In this document: positions 37,511 through 50,150 of the stretch, in pieces
How the letters are laid out: each line of letters begins with the position of its first letter
Position numbering within the stretch: position 1 is the stretch's first letter
DNA from: Neoechinorhynchus agilis
Taxonomy: Eukaryota; Animalia; Acanthocephala
DNA: 64,000 nucleotides
NCBI GenBank assembly: GCA_051530055.1
Contig: CM121341.1
Span: 15,354,784-15,418,783, forward strand
Direction of reading: 5' to 3'
Notes under the pieces: model-generated
The model's database searches: none
Told to the model about the DNA's origin: nothing
What the model saw: the letters and a program-made list of their open reading frames with translations, nothing else
Translations under genes and position numbers: made by a program

Positions 37511-37954
37511 ACATCGAAACCGAACGTTGATATTTCTAATTTCTTTTAAATCCATTTACGCTTCATGAAATGTGATGCTTTCTGTAAAACGAAAAAGTTT
37601 GGACGCGAGTAAATCCTTGTATTTTTAGTGGCATTTCGACTTAAAAATATGAATATTTCAACAATAGATAGAAAACCCTTCGAGATGATCAAGGTGTAAT
37701 TTTGGTGAGCATAATCCCGGGCATGGCGTATTTTATTTATGTTGTTGGTAACATTGGAAGCCTGATGCCGTTTTACATAAAGATTTTCAATGGTGATTTG
37801 CGAAATGTTTTATTTCGGAGGATTCCTGAGTTTATGCATCAAACGAAGGATTCGTTGGAAATAAATTTTCTCGCTTTATACGTCGACCGCATTTATAGGC
37901 ACATTATTGATAATTTCGTGCAATATAAGTTAAGGAAGAGAATAGTGAACCTTC

Positions 37955-39642
37955 TGTTGTGGAATATCGACCCAGTGGCATCACCATTATTTAGTGACGT
38001 TACTATTATATTCATTATAACGTTACAACGTATGTGCAAGTCTTTAGTTTTGTCAGTATGTTTTCTATTCAATAGAACCTCTTAAAGATCATCACAATTT
38101 ATTGAATAGAAACAGGTTCTCTTGATGGAAACAGCAGAAGGTGATCACAAGGACATTCAATCAACATTGAACCAAGAAACGTCACTATCACGGGACTACT
38201 TCCAACAAAACATGGCGGTTGGAACGATTATGACATCGCGCCGCTTCACTATAATCACTGATCAACGGTCGGTCTCGTTTATGATGAGCCAAAAACATAT
38301 GACAAAAGTCCGAAATGATAGAATCTTGCCGTGGAGGTTAGAGCTCTTAAATTTTTCATAGGATATTCAATATCGGCCTGGAAATGAAAACTTATCGGCA
38401 GATGCTCTTTCTAGAAATGTATGTGATTTATCCATAGTATCACTCGATCGATTGAAGGAAGTTCATCGACAATTAGGTCAACCTGGCAGTACTCGGCTAT
38501 TTCACTTCATTCAGTAGAATAATCTACCTTACACCCTTAACGAAGTACGACAAATCACCTCCGATTGCCGCGTATGTTGTGAATTGAAGTCGCGTTTTTT
38601 CAAGCATCAAGACAACCTAAAGCTGATTAAAGCAACATCACCTATGGAGAGGATCTCGGTGGATTTTTAAGGTCCCTTACCAACGTCTACTCATGTACAA
38701 AAATACTTGTTCGTCGCTATCGACTAATTTTCACGTTTCCTAATAGCGTTCGCATATCGGGATACGTCCACCGAAACTGTCAAATCCTGCCTGCAGCAAA
38801 TATTTGCCTTGTCTGGCTGTCCGGCTTATATTCACTCTGATCAAGGCGCTTGTTTCACGTCCCGTGTTCTTCGCGACTGACTAAAATCTCTCAAGATATG
38901 TATAAGTCATACTACGTCCTATCGACCACAAGCAAACATGCAATGCGAGAGACTTAACGTCACCTCGTGGAAAACTATTTTGATTGTATTAAGAGGCGGC
39001 GGAAAATTAATAACGACCTAGCACGACGCGCTTATTCCGGCACTCGCCTGTATAAGATCATTATTATGCACCAGCACCGGTAAGACACTTCATGAAAGAA
39101 TGTTCAGTTTTGAGAGGAAAGTTCCGCTAAAAATCACCCTTCCTCTATGGTTACGTGATCGAGAATCCGCGTGGCTCAAGAGGGATCATCCAACGAGCAA
39201 AAACAAACGCTCCACCCAGAAGATTAATCTGGTCAAAGCTAATGAAAAACATTCAGTTGTGGAATATACTGACTTTCGCATTGACAAAGTTTCCACCCAA
39301 CGATTAGCTCCCTTCTCCCGCTCATCCATTGGTGCGCCAATTGAAGATAAGGATTCAACCAACGATTCGAACGTGGATGTAGGTACTCCTGACGCGCCTT
39401 CGAGTGAATTGACGCCCTTGGAGGGTTCTAAGTGGACTAGTCAGAATGGTCAATTAGTTGATCGCTCCTGCCGATTTTCTTAATGAGACATGCCGAAGGT
39501 TATGATAGAATATCGATCCAGTGGCATCGCCATTATTTAATGACGTTACTATTATATTCAATATAACGTTACAACGTATGTGCAAGTCTTTAGTTTTGCC
39601 AGTATGTTTTCTATTCAATAAAACCTCTTAAAGGTCATCACA
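37955..39642 (+). mobile_element. Internally deleted gypsy element with about 142-bp LTRs and a 5-bp TSD
   Basis: Direct repeats at 37955-38096 and about 39499-39642, flanked on both sides by CCTTC. The interior carries only degenerate RNaseH-end and integrase sequence (TDQRSV, WRLEL, HSDQG). Confidence 0.92.
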
Positions 39643-40211
39643 CCTTCTATACAATCTCATCGCGACATTATTCGAGCATAGAATTGTGGTCAAGAAGCCA
39701 GTCGTTTTACCGAACCTTCGATGATTACCCAGTGAATTTCATATAGAGAAGATGATTAATGCGTTGCACCAGCACGTGGTGAAGATTGATTGCAATGTTG
39801 GATGTTCGGATGCGATAATATCGCCGATCATGACGCTCGCACTAAACGCAGCCACCAAGTTAAATTGAAATGATATAATCAACAACATGGTTCATAAAAC
39901 GTTCCAAACAATTCGTACCGGCCTGGTGTTGCGCATTCAAAATGCGTTATGTATGTCGCTGGTTCAAGTCCACTGGTCGCTGGGTTTCACGGGGGCTGCG
40001 AGGCTGTCGTAAAGGTGGGGTCAGGTTCTGAGATCGCCCATTGGCCCCAAACGAGGGTTGGCCCTGTCTCTTCGAGTGCGGCTAAGCGCTTCCGAAGTGC
40101 GTGAGTTAGCCGAGAGGGTGAACGCAATTTCGCAGTTTTTGCATATGAAGGCCGTAAGTAGTTTGCCGAAATTATACTAAACCTTCTAAACAATTGATAG
40201 GCTCAATAAGT

Positions 40212-41988
40212 AATTTCTTTTTTGGGTGACTTTATCGCTCCGATAAAAATTAACATTTATTCCATTAATATTTCGAGACCTTAGTCCCCTCATCAGAATG
40301 TAGTTTTATGTGTGTAATTTTTATTCGTCGTATTAACTCGGGTGCCCGGTAGCGTCACTGCCCGTGGGAGTGTGTGCAATTCACCCCTGAGCTCGTCTTA
40401 GCTGTAAACTATCGGTGGGCAATATCAATGACCAATTACTCTTATTGCCCTGGAATGTGCTTACCGTCTCAATATATATCGCCTCTTTAATTAATCTCTT
40501 TGTTAGGTTATTTTCTCTTTCCAATATGCTTGCTCCATCGAACTCAATTATATGGCCGTCCTCCAATACGTGATTAAAAATCGCCGAAGAAGTGTCGCCT
40601 CCCCTCACACTATACTTGTGCTGGTTAACTGTCTTATTCAACCCTTGCTTCGTTTGTCCGATATACCTCTTCGGGCAATTTATGCAAGGTATAGTATATA
40701 CGACACAAGGTGTTGGTGTCTTCGGTTTCTTTTTGAACAGGCCACTCAATTTCGGGGCGGATGGAAAATATGGTGTCATCTTCGGTTCTTTCACTTTCCA
40801 CAAAGTGTGCGATATCTGATTGAGTGCCTTTTCACCCACATACGTGTTCTTCAGGTATTTTATCACCATTTTGCCCGATGTGGAATATCCTTCCTTCATT
40901 CTACAAAATTTAGCTCTTTTGATCGCCCATCTAGGAAAGTGACGTTTTTGGAGCATACCCTCCATCTCAATCATGGCTGCCGATAGATTTCTACTATTGC
41001 TGCATATCTCTCGTGCTCTATTGAAAAGAGTCTTCGCCGCTGCGACTCTATATCGTGTCGCCCCATGACTCTTCCAATCTGATAAGCCCCATGGTATTCC
41101 TGGTTTTTTAAAGACTGGTATCTATTTCGTTCCCGTTGCGTTTCATTGTTACGTCCAAAAAAGACAATTCACCTGACGGACGAATGCTATTTAGTTTTTT
41201 CTACACATCAATAGTTTCGGGATTCTCCTTTAAAACGAGGAAGGCGTCGTCCACATACCAGTACCATACCAATATCTCAGGAATGATTCTTCGAACCGTC
41301 TTTTCGTATTCTGTTAGAAATATGTGAGCCAGTATTGGTTCTAACGGAGATCCCATCGCTACACCATCGATCTGATCGATAATTAGATCCTCGAAACTGA
41401 AAGATGTTTTCGTGGTACAGCAATCAATCAGCGTTATCCATTCCTCCACGCTCAGGGAAGGTGACTCGCATTTTACTTGTAGTAGGGTTTCTGCTGATTT
41501 TGTTGCTTCTTTAAGTGGTATATTTGTAAATAGAGACTTAATGTTCGCTGTCATAAACCACCTGTTTCTAGGGTCCATCTTTCTTACCAATTTTGCAAAC
41601 GTAGGTCCATCTTTCACTTCTGAATCGCTCTTTGAGTAATTGATTAATCACCTTTGCCAATCTATGGCTAAAGGAATTATACGAGGCTATTACAGGTCTT
41701 ACATTCAGTTTCGGTTTATGGAGTTTCGGGAGCATGTATAAGAATCCTGCGGATGCATTCGTTGATCGTGTGTTATTGTACCATTCTTGTGATATTTTTC
41801 CTGACTTCTGTAAGTTCATAGGATGTCGATTGAATGCACGTTCACGTGCCACTGTTGGATCCTTGTTTAATTTCACAAACTTTCCATCATTGAGCAATTT
41901 CCTTCCAGATTCTGAGTAATCTTCCTTGTTCAATATTACGAGTGCCTTTCCTTTGTCAGCTCGACATATCCGAATACTGTCGTCCTTT
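40212..41988 (-). mobile_element. Penelope-like element, RT plus GIY-YIG, minus copy
   Basis: YMLPKLHKP..RPVIAS, NIKSLFTNIP, GVAMGSPL, YVDD and VVYTIPC..C..YIGQT motifs. Confidence 0.92.
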
Positions 41989-43192
41989 ACGAAAACATCT
42001 TTCAGTTTCGAGAATCTAATTATTGATCTGATAGATGGTGTAGCGATGGGATCTCCGTTAGAACCAATACTGGCTCACATATTTCTAACAGAATACGAAA
42101 AGACGGTTCGAAGAATCATTCCTGAGATATTGGTATGGTACTGGTATGTGGACGACGCCTTCCTCGTTTTAAAGGAGAATCCCGAAACTATTGATGTGCA
42201 GAAAAAACTAAATAGCATTCATCCGTCAGGCGAATTGTCTTTTTTGGACTTAACAATGAAACGCAACGGGAACGAAATAGATACAAGAGTCTTTAAAAAA
42301 CCAGAAATACCATGGGGCTTATCAGATTGGAAGAGTCATGGGGCGACACGATATAGAGTCGCAGCGGCGAAGACTCTTTTCAATAGAGCACGAGAGATAT
42401 GCAGCAATAGTAGAAATCTATCGGCAGCCATGATTGAGATGGAGGGTATGCTCCAAAAACGTCACTTTCCTAGATGGGCGATCAAAAGAGCTAAATTTTG
42501 TAGAATGAAGGAAGGATATTCCACATCGGACAAAATGGTGATAAAATACCTGAAGAACACGTATGTGGGTGAAAAGGCACTCAATCAGATATCGCACACT
42601 TTGTGGAAAGTGAAAGAACCGAAGATGACACCATATTTTCCATCCGCCCCGAAATTGAGTGGCCTGTTCAAAAAGAAACCGAAGACACCAACACCTTGTG
42701 TCGTATATACTATACCTTGCATAAATTGCCCGAAGAGGTATATCGGACAAACGAAGCAAGGGTTGAATAAGAGAGTTAACCAGCACAAGTATAGTGTGAG
42801 GCGAGGCGACACTTCTTCGGCGATTTTTAACCATGTGTTGGAGGACGGCCATATAATTGATTTCGATGGAGCAAGCATATTGGAAAGAGAAAATAACCTA
42901 ACAAAGAGATTAATTAAAGAGGCGATATATATTGATACGGTAAGCACATTCCAGGGCAATAAGAGTAATTGGTCATTGATATTGCCCACCGATAGTTTAC
43001 AGTTAAGACGAGCTCAGGGGGAATTGCACACACTCCCACGGGCAGTGACGCTCCCGGGCACCCGAGTTAATACGACGAATAAAAATTACACACACAAAAC
43101 TACATTCTGATGAGGGGACTAAGGTCTCGAAATATTAATGGAATAAATGTTAATTTTTATCGGAGCGATAAAGAGTCACCCAAAAAAGAAGT
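41989..43192 (+). mobile_element. Penelope-like element, inverted 3' copy
   Basis: Reverse complement of about 40212-41412 with few substitutions; the 394 aa ORF has an open RT C-half and GIY-YIG domain. Confidence 0.92.
43102..43150 (+). ncRNA. Minimal type I hammerhead ribozyme motif
   Basis: ACATT-CTGATGA-G-GGGAC/TAAG/GTCTC-GAAA-T...ATA-AATGT gives stem I ACATT/AATGT, stem II and cleavage triplet AUA. Mirror copy at 40253-40301 on the minus strand. Confidence 0.7.
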
Positions 43193-44559
43193 TAAATTCG
43201 CACCGAAAGTTATTCTCAACGAAATCAATAAGTAATGTTAGCTACGACGTTAATTTTCCCTTGTACGAAATTGTTCGTTCCGCTAAGATCGCAACTCCGT
43301 ATATCTTGCAATTAATAGCATCCAGTGAAGATACGCGACACTATCTGACTAAGCAACTGGGTATAAGATTCATGAAAAGTCACGATATTAATTTCTCCAA
43401 TGTGTTCCCGCAAAGATGCGCCAAACCGATTGCAACTGACAAGCAAGGATGTTTGGTTCATTCAAGCAACCAAAGAGGGCCGACTGTAAAGTACATGCGT
43501 CGTACGGTGGCAAGGATACAATCACCTTAAACAAATCACGTCCAATGGCCACGTAAGATGGGAAATACAATGCGAAACCATTGTACGGACACGTGCTTAT
43601 ATCGACGACGGCATATCCTGTAAACATTTCATCCTAGGGCAATTCGCGAAAATAAACGGAATTTGCTATGGATACAAAGAAGTTTTACGAAGAAGGCACT
43701 GTCGTGGAGGCCAAAGAATTTTAGGAAATATCCAATGCCAAGAAAAGCAGAGCATTCTAAGAAAGCAAAAGAAGCTATTGATAAATTATTAGACGATATC
43801 TTAGCGGATTTCAGGACATTGTTATTTGATGAAAAACTTCGACATTACCTTGTTTTAGAAAGGAATGCGAGGTTACTGTAATTTTTTACCTTGAATAATT
43901 TATATCCTAAGCAAGAATAGCTGCAAGAAAGTTGCTATGATACGAAGGTTTGCCTAAAAGGACTTAAAAACAAACAGAAAACGCTAATGAATGCCTAGTG
44001 GCATATTGAAGATTCCAATGGCACTCAGCAGAATACTTGACTCGAAGACAGCCAAAAGAGAAACCAAGCGCTTAAATCCAAAGCGAACTCAACAAATCGC
44101 AGCACAGGAAAGGCTCAGAAAGATCGAAACGAATCGAATTAAGAAAAAAGCAAGGAGAACAGACGATTTCCGCAGTTCAAAATATTACCGTAATGCCATG
44201 AAAAATTGAAAGATGGATTACCGTTCTAATTCAACCTTAATAACTTCCCACATTAAGCAGTCGAAACGCTCGAGCTCATTTTAAGTCACTTGGAAGAGCA
44301 CATCGACGCCGTTCTATAAAAATGGTAAAACGAAGCGCGCACTCGATTCGAAGTTGAGAAAGAAAACATTGTAAATCCGGAAGAAGCACAGTTTTATCTT
44401 TGTTGACATTTATTTACCTCACGTTTTGTTATGGTCAGAAAATCAGTAAGTTTTTTGAAAAGATGGAATTATTGAACGAATTAATCTTTTTCATTTCGTA
44501 TTTCGAATGCCTACGATTGATCGAAAAGAAGAAAATACTTAAAACTGCCCCAAAATTAA

Positions 44560-45960
44560 ACGTTTTTGGTCAATTGCTTATACCTCGCGCTGATATGCTC
44601 ATAGAAATTGGCTCTATTTAAGTGACTCTGACTTCTTCAATACTCGACGATAGACCAACTTTTAAAGATCTTCGTTCAGTCGTACATCAATCGATTGTCA
44701 AATAATATTCTTTTTAATAACTTTAATTTCTTAATAAGCTTGTTGAAGATATTTTCTGTTGTCCAGATTGAAATGCTATTTCTGATTCATATAGGTTCCG
44801 CAACTTTCTCAAATGTCTATTTTTGACCAATTGTCGATATTTATCGATTGTACTTCTCATGTATATCACACTGTCAAGAAATGCAGGTTGTTGGTTTGTT
44901 TTCTTAAGCTAACAATGTAGGTACCACCTTTTTGACGAAATTTCCAACTAGGCCTTTTTCTTACAGAGTTCCCTCTCGATTAGGGCTTTTTTGAAGGTCT
45001 TCGTCGATACATCCTCTTTAGCTTCAGGGTCATATAGTTTGAAGTGTAGGAACTTTGGTAAAAGATCATTGACGAGGGAAGCTACCAGAAATGCGTTGTC
45101 CATGGTGACTTCTGTTAGTAACTTTAATTTCTTCATAAGCTTGTTGAAGATATATTTTCCCTCCTTAGTTATTTTGTCAAGTACTATTATTGAGTAGCGA
45201 AAAAATCGAACATCCTGATATATATTGATCGTAGACAATACCCGTAAGTAGTTTGGGATCTGTAGCAATCAGCAATATGTTAGTAACTTTAATTTCTTGA
45301 TCACTTTGTTAAATATATACTTACCCTCCTCAGTAATTTTTCTTGGCACTATTCTTGAATAGAATGTGCACACTACGAAATCTTTTATTGCTCCAATATT
45401 TCGGATTTTAATCAAATCCACAGGCCTGTAATGACGCAGAGACCGAAGTGGGTTGACTTCTTTCGGGACATCATACTGTTAGTGTGAGAGTGGTTGTATA
45501 TGTTCTAATGTTACCCTGTAGACGGATTTGATTAAAATCCGAAATATTGGAGCAATAAAAGATTTCGTAGTGTGCATATTCTATTCAAGAATGGTGCCAA
45601 GAAAAATTACTGAGGAGGGTAAGGATATATTTAACAAAATAAGCAATATGGTGATAACTGCTTCAAATTGTAAAAATAGACTAAAGCGATTAATGTAAAA
45701 CATAGCATAAAATTCCTGAAAACAATTAGAGATGAAGGCCTAATTCCTAAGTGTGGTAAAATCAGGCCCGGTATAATCGGGTTTCAGGGTTCTAAACTGC
45801 AGAAGTTCTCTAAGAAGTTGATCTTTCTTGGGATTCGTGAAATGAGGAACTGCATGGATTCCCGACTTCTAACTCATGTTCGAGTAGATCATTTGATTAG
45901 TCTCATCGTTGACGACGTACACTCTTTCGAAACATACAGACTCTGCAGACGATTTTTTTG
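44560..45960. mobile_element. Rearranged Penelope-like N-terminal fragments including a fold-back
   Basis: Repeated K..KYIFNK..KKLKLL segment at about 44714, 45117 and 45283; about 120-bp inverted arms at about 45305-45425 and 45515-45640. Confidence 0.55.
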
Positions 45961-46646
45961 TTGTGCGGTCGCTTGATCATCCAGAAGGATTTTCTATCTA
46001 TGATTAAAATTATATATATTTTACTTAAATCCGTGAGGTCTAAAAGTCACACGCAGTTTATGTACATAATTAGAAGATGGAGAAAAGGCAATGTGACCTA
46101 TCCTTTAGTGTTATGAACGTCAATGTCAACTTCTTTTATTTTTTAGAACCAGAGTTGTCTCCTAGTTTTAGAAAACATTTACTCTTGTTCAAATCGAATC
46201 ACACAACCAACACACCTTTTGTGTGCTTAAAATATTTTATTGTTATTCTTAGTTTTCCAATGCAAATTAATGTTGTGTATTTTTTGATTTGCAAAGAAAC
46301 CGAAAACTACTTTAGATAAAAAATTCGGCAAGAAAATACGTGACACTTATTCAACGGGTACTCTTAAAAGAATAAACGGCAACTTTCGATCGCTTTGATC
46401 TAAAAGTTTCAAAAATAAATCGAAATAAATTGAATTGCCGCTCTGAACCGGTCGTTTGCACCACTTTTACTTTGAAATAATGCTGAACGATCGAATTCAA
46501 TCTCCATAATGCCCACAAATGTGGTGTACTGCTGACTGGCTATGGAAATTTTCTTGCGCGATGAACGATCGAAACGTTGGCTCCTGTTTGCGATTTCCAA
46601 ATCACGTGATCTCGCTAGTTTTCGTTATCAATATGATGTGAACATG

Positions 46647-46719
46647 AGCCTCCAGGGAGATTCGAACTCCCGACCCCTGCTTTACAAGAGCAGTGCTCTA
46701 ACCACTGAGCTATAGAGGC
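46647..46719 (-). tRNA. tRNA-Thr(UGU)
   Basis: 73-nt cloverleaf GCCTCTA...; anticodon arm CTGCT-CTTGTAA-AGCAG; T-loop TTCGAAT. Confidence 0.95.
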
Positions 46720-47344
46720 TTGTTCATCCACCCTAAATAAATTATATATACCTTAGTGACAAAGTTATCAGTGTTTGCAAACATACCATTGAAAGTCGAT
46801 CGCTAGAAAGTTACATGAATGATGAATCCTGTGGGTTATCAAAGTTGTTTAAAAATTTAAATTCGTGCTGTAAAAAATTCTCTTTGTGTACCGATTCGCA
46901 ATTTTTTGACCTATTAGTAGCTAGAGAATAATGCCATTGTTTGTAATGACCGGAAAATTTAAAAAAATGTACGTTTTGCTCTTTCTGATCTGTATTAAAA
47001 TATAGATTATGTTCAGGATTCTTGATTATGAATAAACGAGCATGTAGACTTTTTAAAGAAAGTTAATTCAAAATGAAATCTTGGCGCTGGTTATTGCGGG
47101 CTTGAAGTACATAAACATTGAATGAATGATCATGCTGAATAAATCGGAGTGCTTTAGTTTTTTTCCATCATTGGCGCATTTCGAGTACCGAAGTGTTTAT
47201 AAAGTCTTAAACGCGCAGCATTCTCATCATTTTTGATAATGTTTAGTGCGTTTTACTAAAATCGTCCACACAATAAAATTGTAAAAATGTTGTCCACAGT
47301 TTGTTTTGGTGAAATGAAAAAAAATTTCAAATAATTTCAGTTTA

Positions 47345-47690
47345 TTTTATACACTTACACACACAACAACAAAACGTTTCAACAATCACCACCATCCACG
47401 AAGGAGAGGCATCGCTCTCCCCTCAGTGGTCGCGACCACACTCGCTGCGTTTCCTCTTTGGATCGCGAGACCAATATTTTGGCGCATGGAGGCACCAGCT
47501 CTTCTATTTCCTGTCTTGGCATGGAGTCTACTCGATAACTCCTTCGTAAATCTAAGTGCCGAACTACTGAGCACACCAAGAGTCTCCACTCCAAAGGGTA
47601 CAAACACGTGAGACCTACTTAATTCTTTATATTTCGGTCCTCCGCGGCAGTAGCCGCCCCCCTGTGGACTGCACAACAGCAGCAATTCAT
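47345..47690 (-). mobile_element. CRE-like 3' fragment
   Basis: KYKELSRSHVFVPFGVETLG...IQRGNAASV; its 3' end is duplicated at about 49080-49155. Confidence 0.85.
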
Positions 47691-47789
47691 TTTTATTTTA
47701 TATTTCGTCCTTTAAGTGGGAAATCTCCAGAATTATTTAAGTATTAAAACATACAATAAAATGAAAATTATGAAAAGCCTCTTTTCCCA

Positions 47790-48830
47790 ACACCCTCATG
47801 TTTTATTCCAGATTTATTATCGAAGGGAAAATGGGTGTTTTATTTATTTCTTGCTTCAAATTTTCGACGCCTTGCGTCTTCGTCAGGAAGCTTTTCTTCG
47901 ATTATCTGAAAAGGAATCAGAGGAGGGCAACGCTGTCCGTCAGCTCATCAGTCTTATTGAGCATCCCCTCTGCCTCGTTGTGTGTGTTCTTGCTGCTCGT
48001 AACCCCGCTCAATCCCACTACTTTCTCACGATTAATGCATAGCGTTTCGGCAATCGAGAGATCCACCGGATCGGATGCCTTGTGCATCACCTCAATCTCG
48101 AAGGCTGGGCTGGCAGCAACGTGAGAGGTAGCGAAATGGGTAGCCCATGGGGTCGACCGGTATGACGGAGCTGTCGGATTGCGCGCATTACGCACGTGTT
48201 CCGTCACACGTGAACGTAATGTTCTTTCCGTCTTGCCAACGTAGGACGTTGTCCGTCTTTCGTCCTTGCATAGCCGGCACAACATCCTATATACCATGCA
48301 TGTTGATTGGCAAGACGGTCTGAGGAATCGTCCTTTTCTGAAATCAACTGTATCGTCAGGTCCGTGGTCTCTCGATGGGTAACAGTCTTGCTCCAGTCTT
48401 GGCTAATCTATTCCTCGATGGTTTAGAGGGGTAGCACATTTTTCCACATCTTTCGTCGAGTCAAATCTATCTCCGATATGTGGATGATGTGCTGCTAACA
48501 TACCACGAGGATAGTGAGGTCGACACAATCGAAGAAAAGCTAAATTCAATGGATTTAGCAGGCCGCATCAAGGGTGTCGCTGGTAATGGGTATTCCAGCA
48601 AGGACATTACCATTGAGTGAGCAGCAAGGACGGACACAACGAGGCAGAGGGGATGCTCAATAAGAGGGATGAGCTGACGGACAGCGTTGCCCTCCTCTGA
48701 TTCCTTTTCAGATAATCGAAGAAAAGCTTCCTGACGAAGACGTAAGGCGTCGAAAATTTGAAGCAAGAAATAAATAAAACACCCATTTTCCCTTCGATAA
48801 TAAATCTGGAATACAATAAAATGTGTTAAT
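47790..48830. mobile_element. Penelope-like GIY-YIG fragment with inverted termini
   Basis: VYRMLCRLC...YVGKTER.L..R..EH; arms about 47790-47975 and 48620-48825 are reverse complements. Confidence 0.85.
48726..48764 (+). ncRNA. Minimal hammerhead motif with palindromic stem III
   Basis: GCTTC-CTGACGA-A-GACG/TAAGG/CGTC-GAAA-ATTT-GAAGC; mirror copy at 47853-47891 on the minus strand. Confidence 0.65.
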
Positions 48831-48909
48831 TACTTTAAGTTCAATGGCAAACGTCTAATTATTCAAGGAAATAGTATTTTTGCATAAGTTTGGGCAAGTT
48901 TCCTTGGTA

Positions 48910-48982
48910 GCCTCCATAGCTCAGTGGTTAGAGCACTGCTCTTGTAAAGCAGGGGTCGGGAGTTCGAATCTCCCTGGAGGCT
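48910..48982 (+). tRNA. tRNA-Thr(UGU)
   Basis: 73-nt cloverleaf differing from the 46647-46719 copy at one acceptor-stem base. Confidence 0.95.
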
Positions 48983-49789
48983 GCAAAAGGCAACGATTCA
49001 CGGGCGGAAATATTTCGATCCGGATCCATCCATTTCCTATGCGAATAATTTTTTTAACTCCGAGAATTTCATTAACATTCACCGGTTTCACAACAACAAA
49101 ACGTTTAAACAATCACCACCGTCCACGAAGAAGAGGCATCGCTCTCTCCTCAGTTCAAATGTTAAATTTTTATTCCACAATAATAAAGCATAAAACGTGC
49201 AATCACCACCGTGCGCAAAATCTTAGCTTCTTTCCTCAGCGAAATGCTTTTAATTTGAAATTAAAAAGCAGTTTTTAGTCTCCTTATGCAGTGAAAATTC
49301 GTTTTAGAAGCATTCCTCCTACTAAACAAAGTCTGACTGTGCAACGAGGGAACACTGCAACCGTCCAATCGACCGTTACACCATGACGGCAGCTGAGTGA
49401 TCCAGAGCGGTGGTGTGAATAATTTTTGTAAAATTAAGTTTAAAATAAAATATTCCAGTTCTTAATCAATCCAATCTGTTCTCAAAGTATGAAAAAAGTA
49501 TCACTTCAATCGTTTAAATGAAGGTGACTGGTGAAATTTACCATCTGATCAAAAATACAATATCGTAGTAAAACACTCAAATTAAACAAGATCATTGTTA
49601 TGGGTTTTAAATACGACAGTGAATCGCTCAAAACTTTGGTAGTTTTTAAACTGAAACCCGACTCGATTGTTCTTAGGATCGATGATGCCGTGGATTTGAA
49701 TCAAACCTGGGATTAGTGCATTTTACCATTAATAAACAAAAATCATCGATATAAAAATCTTTCTAGTTAATCCAGGTATAATTTTTGCG

Positions 49790-50150
49790 AAAATACTCCC
49801 GGCAATAGCATATTTTATTTATTTGAGATATTTCACGAGGTAACCTCGCCTCATCAGTCATCTAAAAATATGTTTTTCCCACTCAGGTTTTAAGCTCGAG
49901 TGCGCGGGATCGCCAAACCGCTCGAACCCCTGCGCTATATTACGTTTTTTCCATGATTTTAGTATTGATTTTTAACACGTCGCTGGCTGGGAGTTTCAAG
50001 CTAAAATTAGCTTTATTTCCTTCCATCGTGTTGGACACAGCGATGTGTAAGGCCGGGAAAAACATATTTATAGATGACTGATGAGGCGAGGTTACCTCGC
50101 GAAATATCTACAATAAATCAAATATGCTATTACCGAGAGTATTTTCACCG
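49790..50150. repeat. Inverted pair of hammerhead-like Penelope-type termini
   Basis: CTGATGAGGCGAGGTTACCTCG(C/T)GAAATATCT on the minus strand at about 49825-49860 and the plus strand at about 50078-50110; third copy at about 4151-4183. Stem I is weak. Confidence 0.6.

Noticed and set aside
43147-44400. Short ORFs as a novel gene cluster
   Set aside because: They are fragmentary, stop-interrupted and lack recognisable motifs or splice structure; most likely old TE debris.
48880-49278. 132 aa ORF
   Set aside because: It overlaps a tRNA and CRE debris and is a spurious frame.
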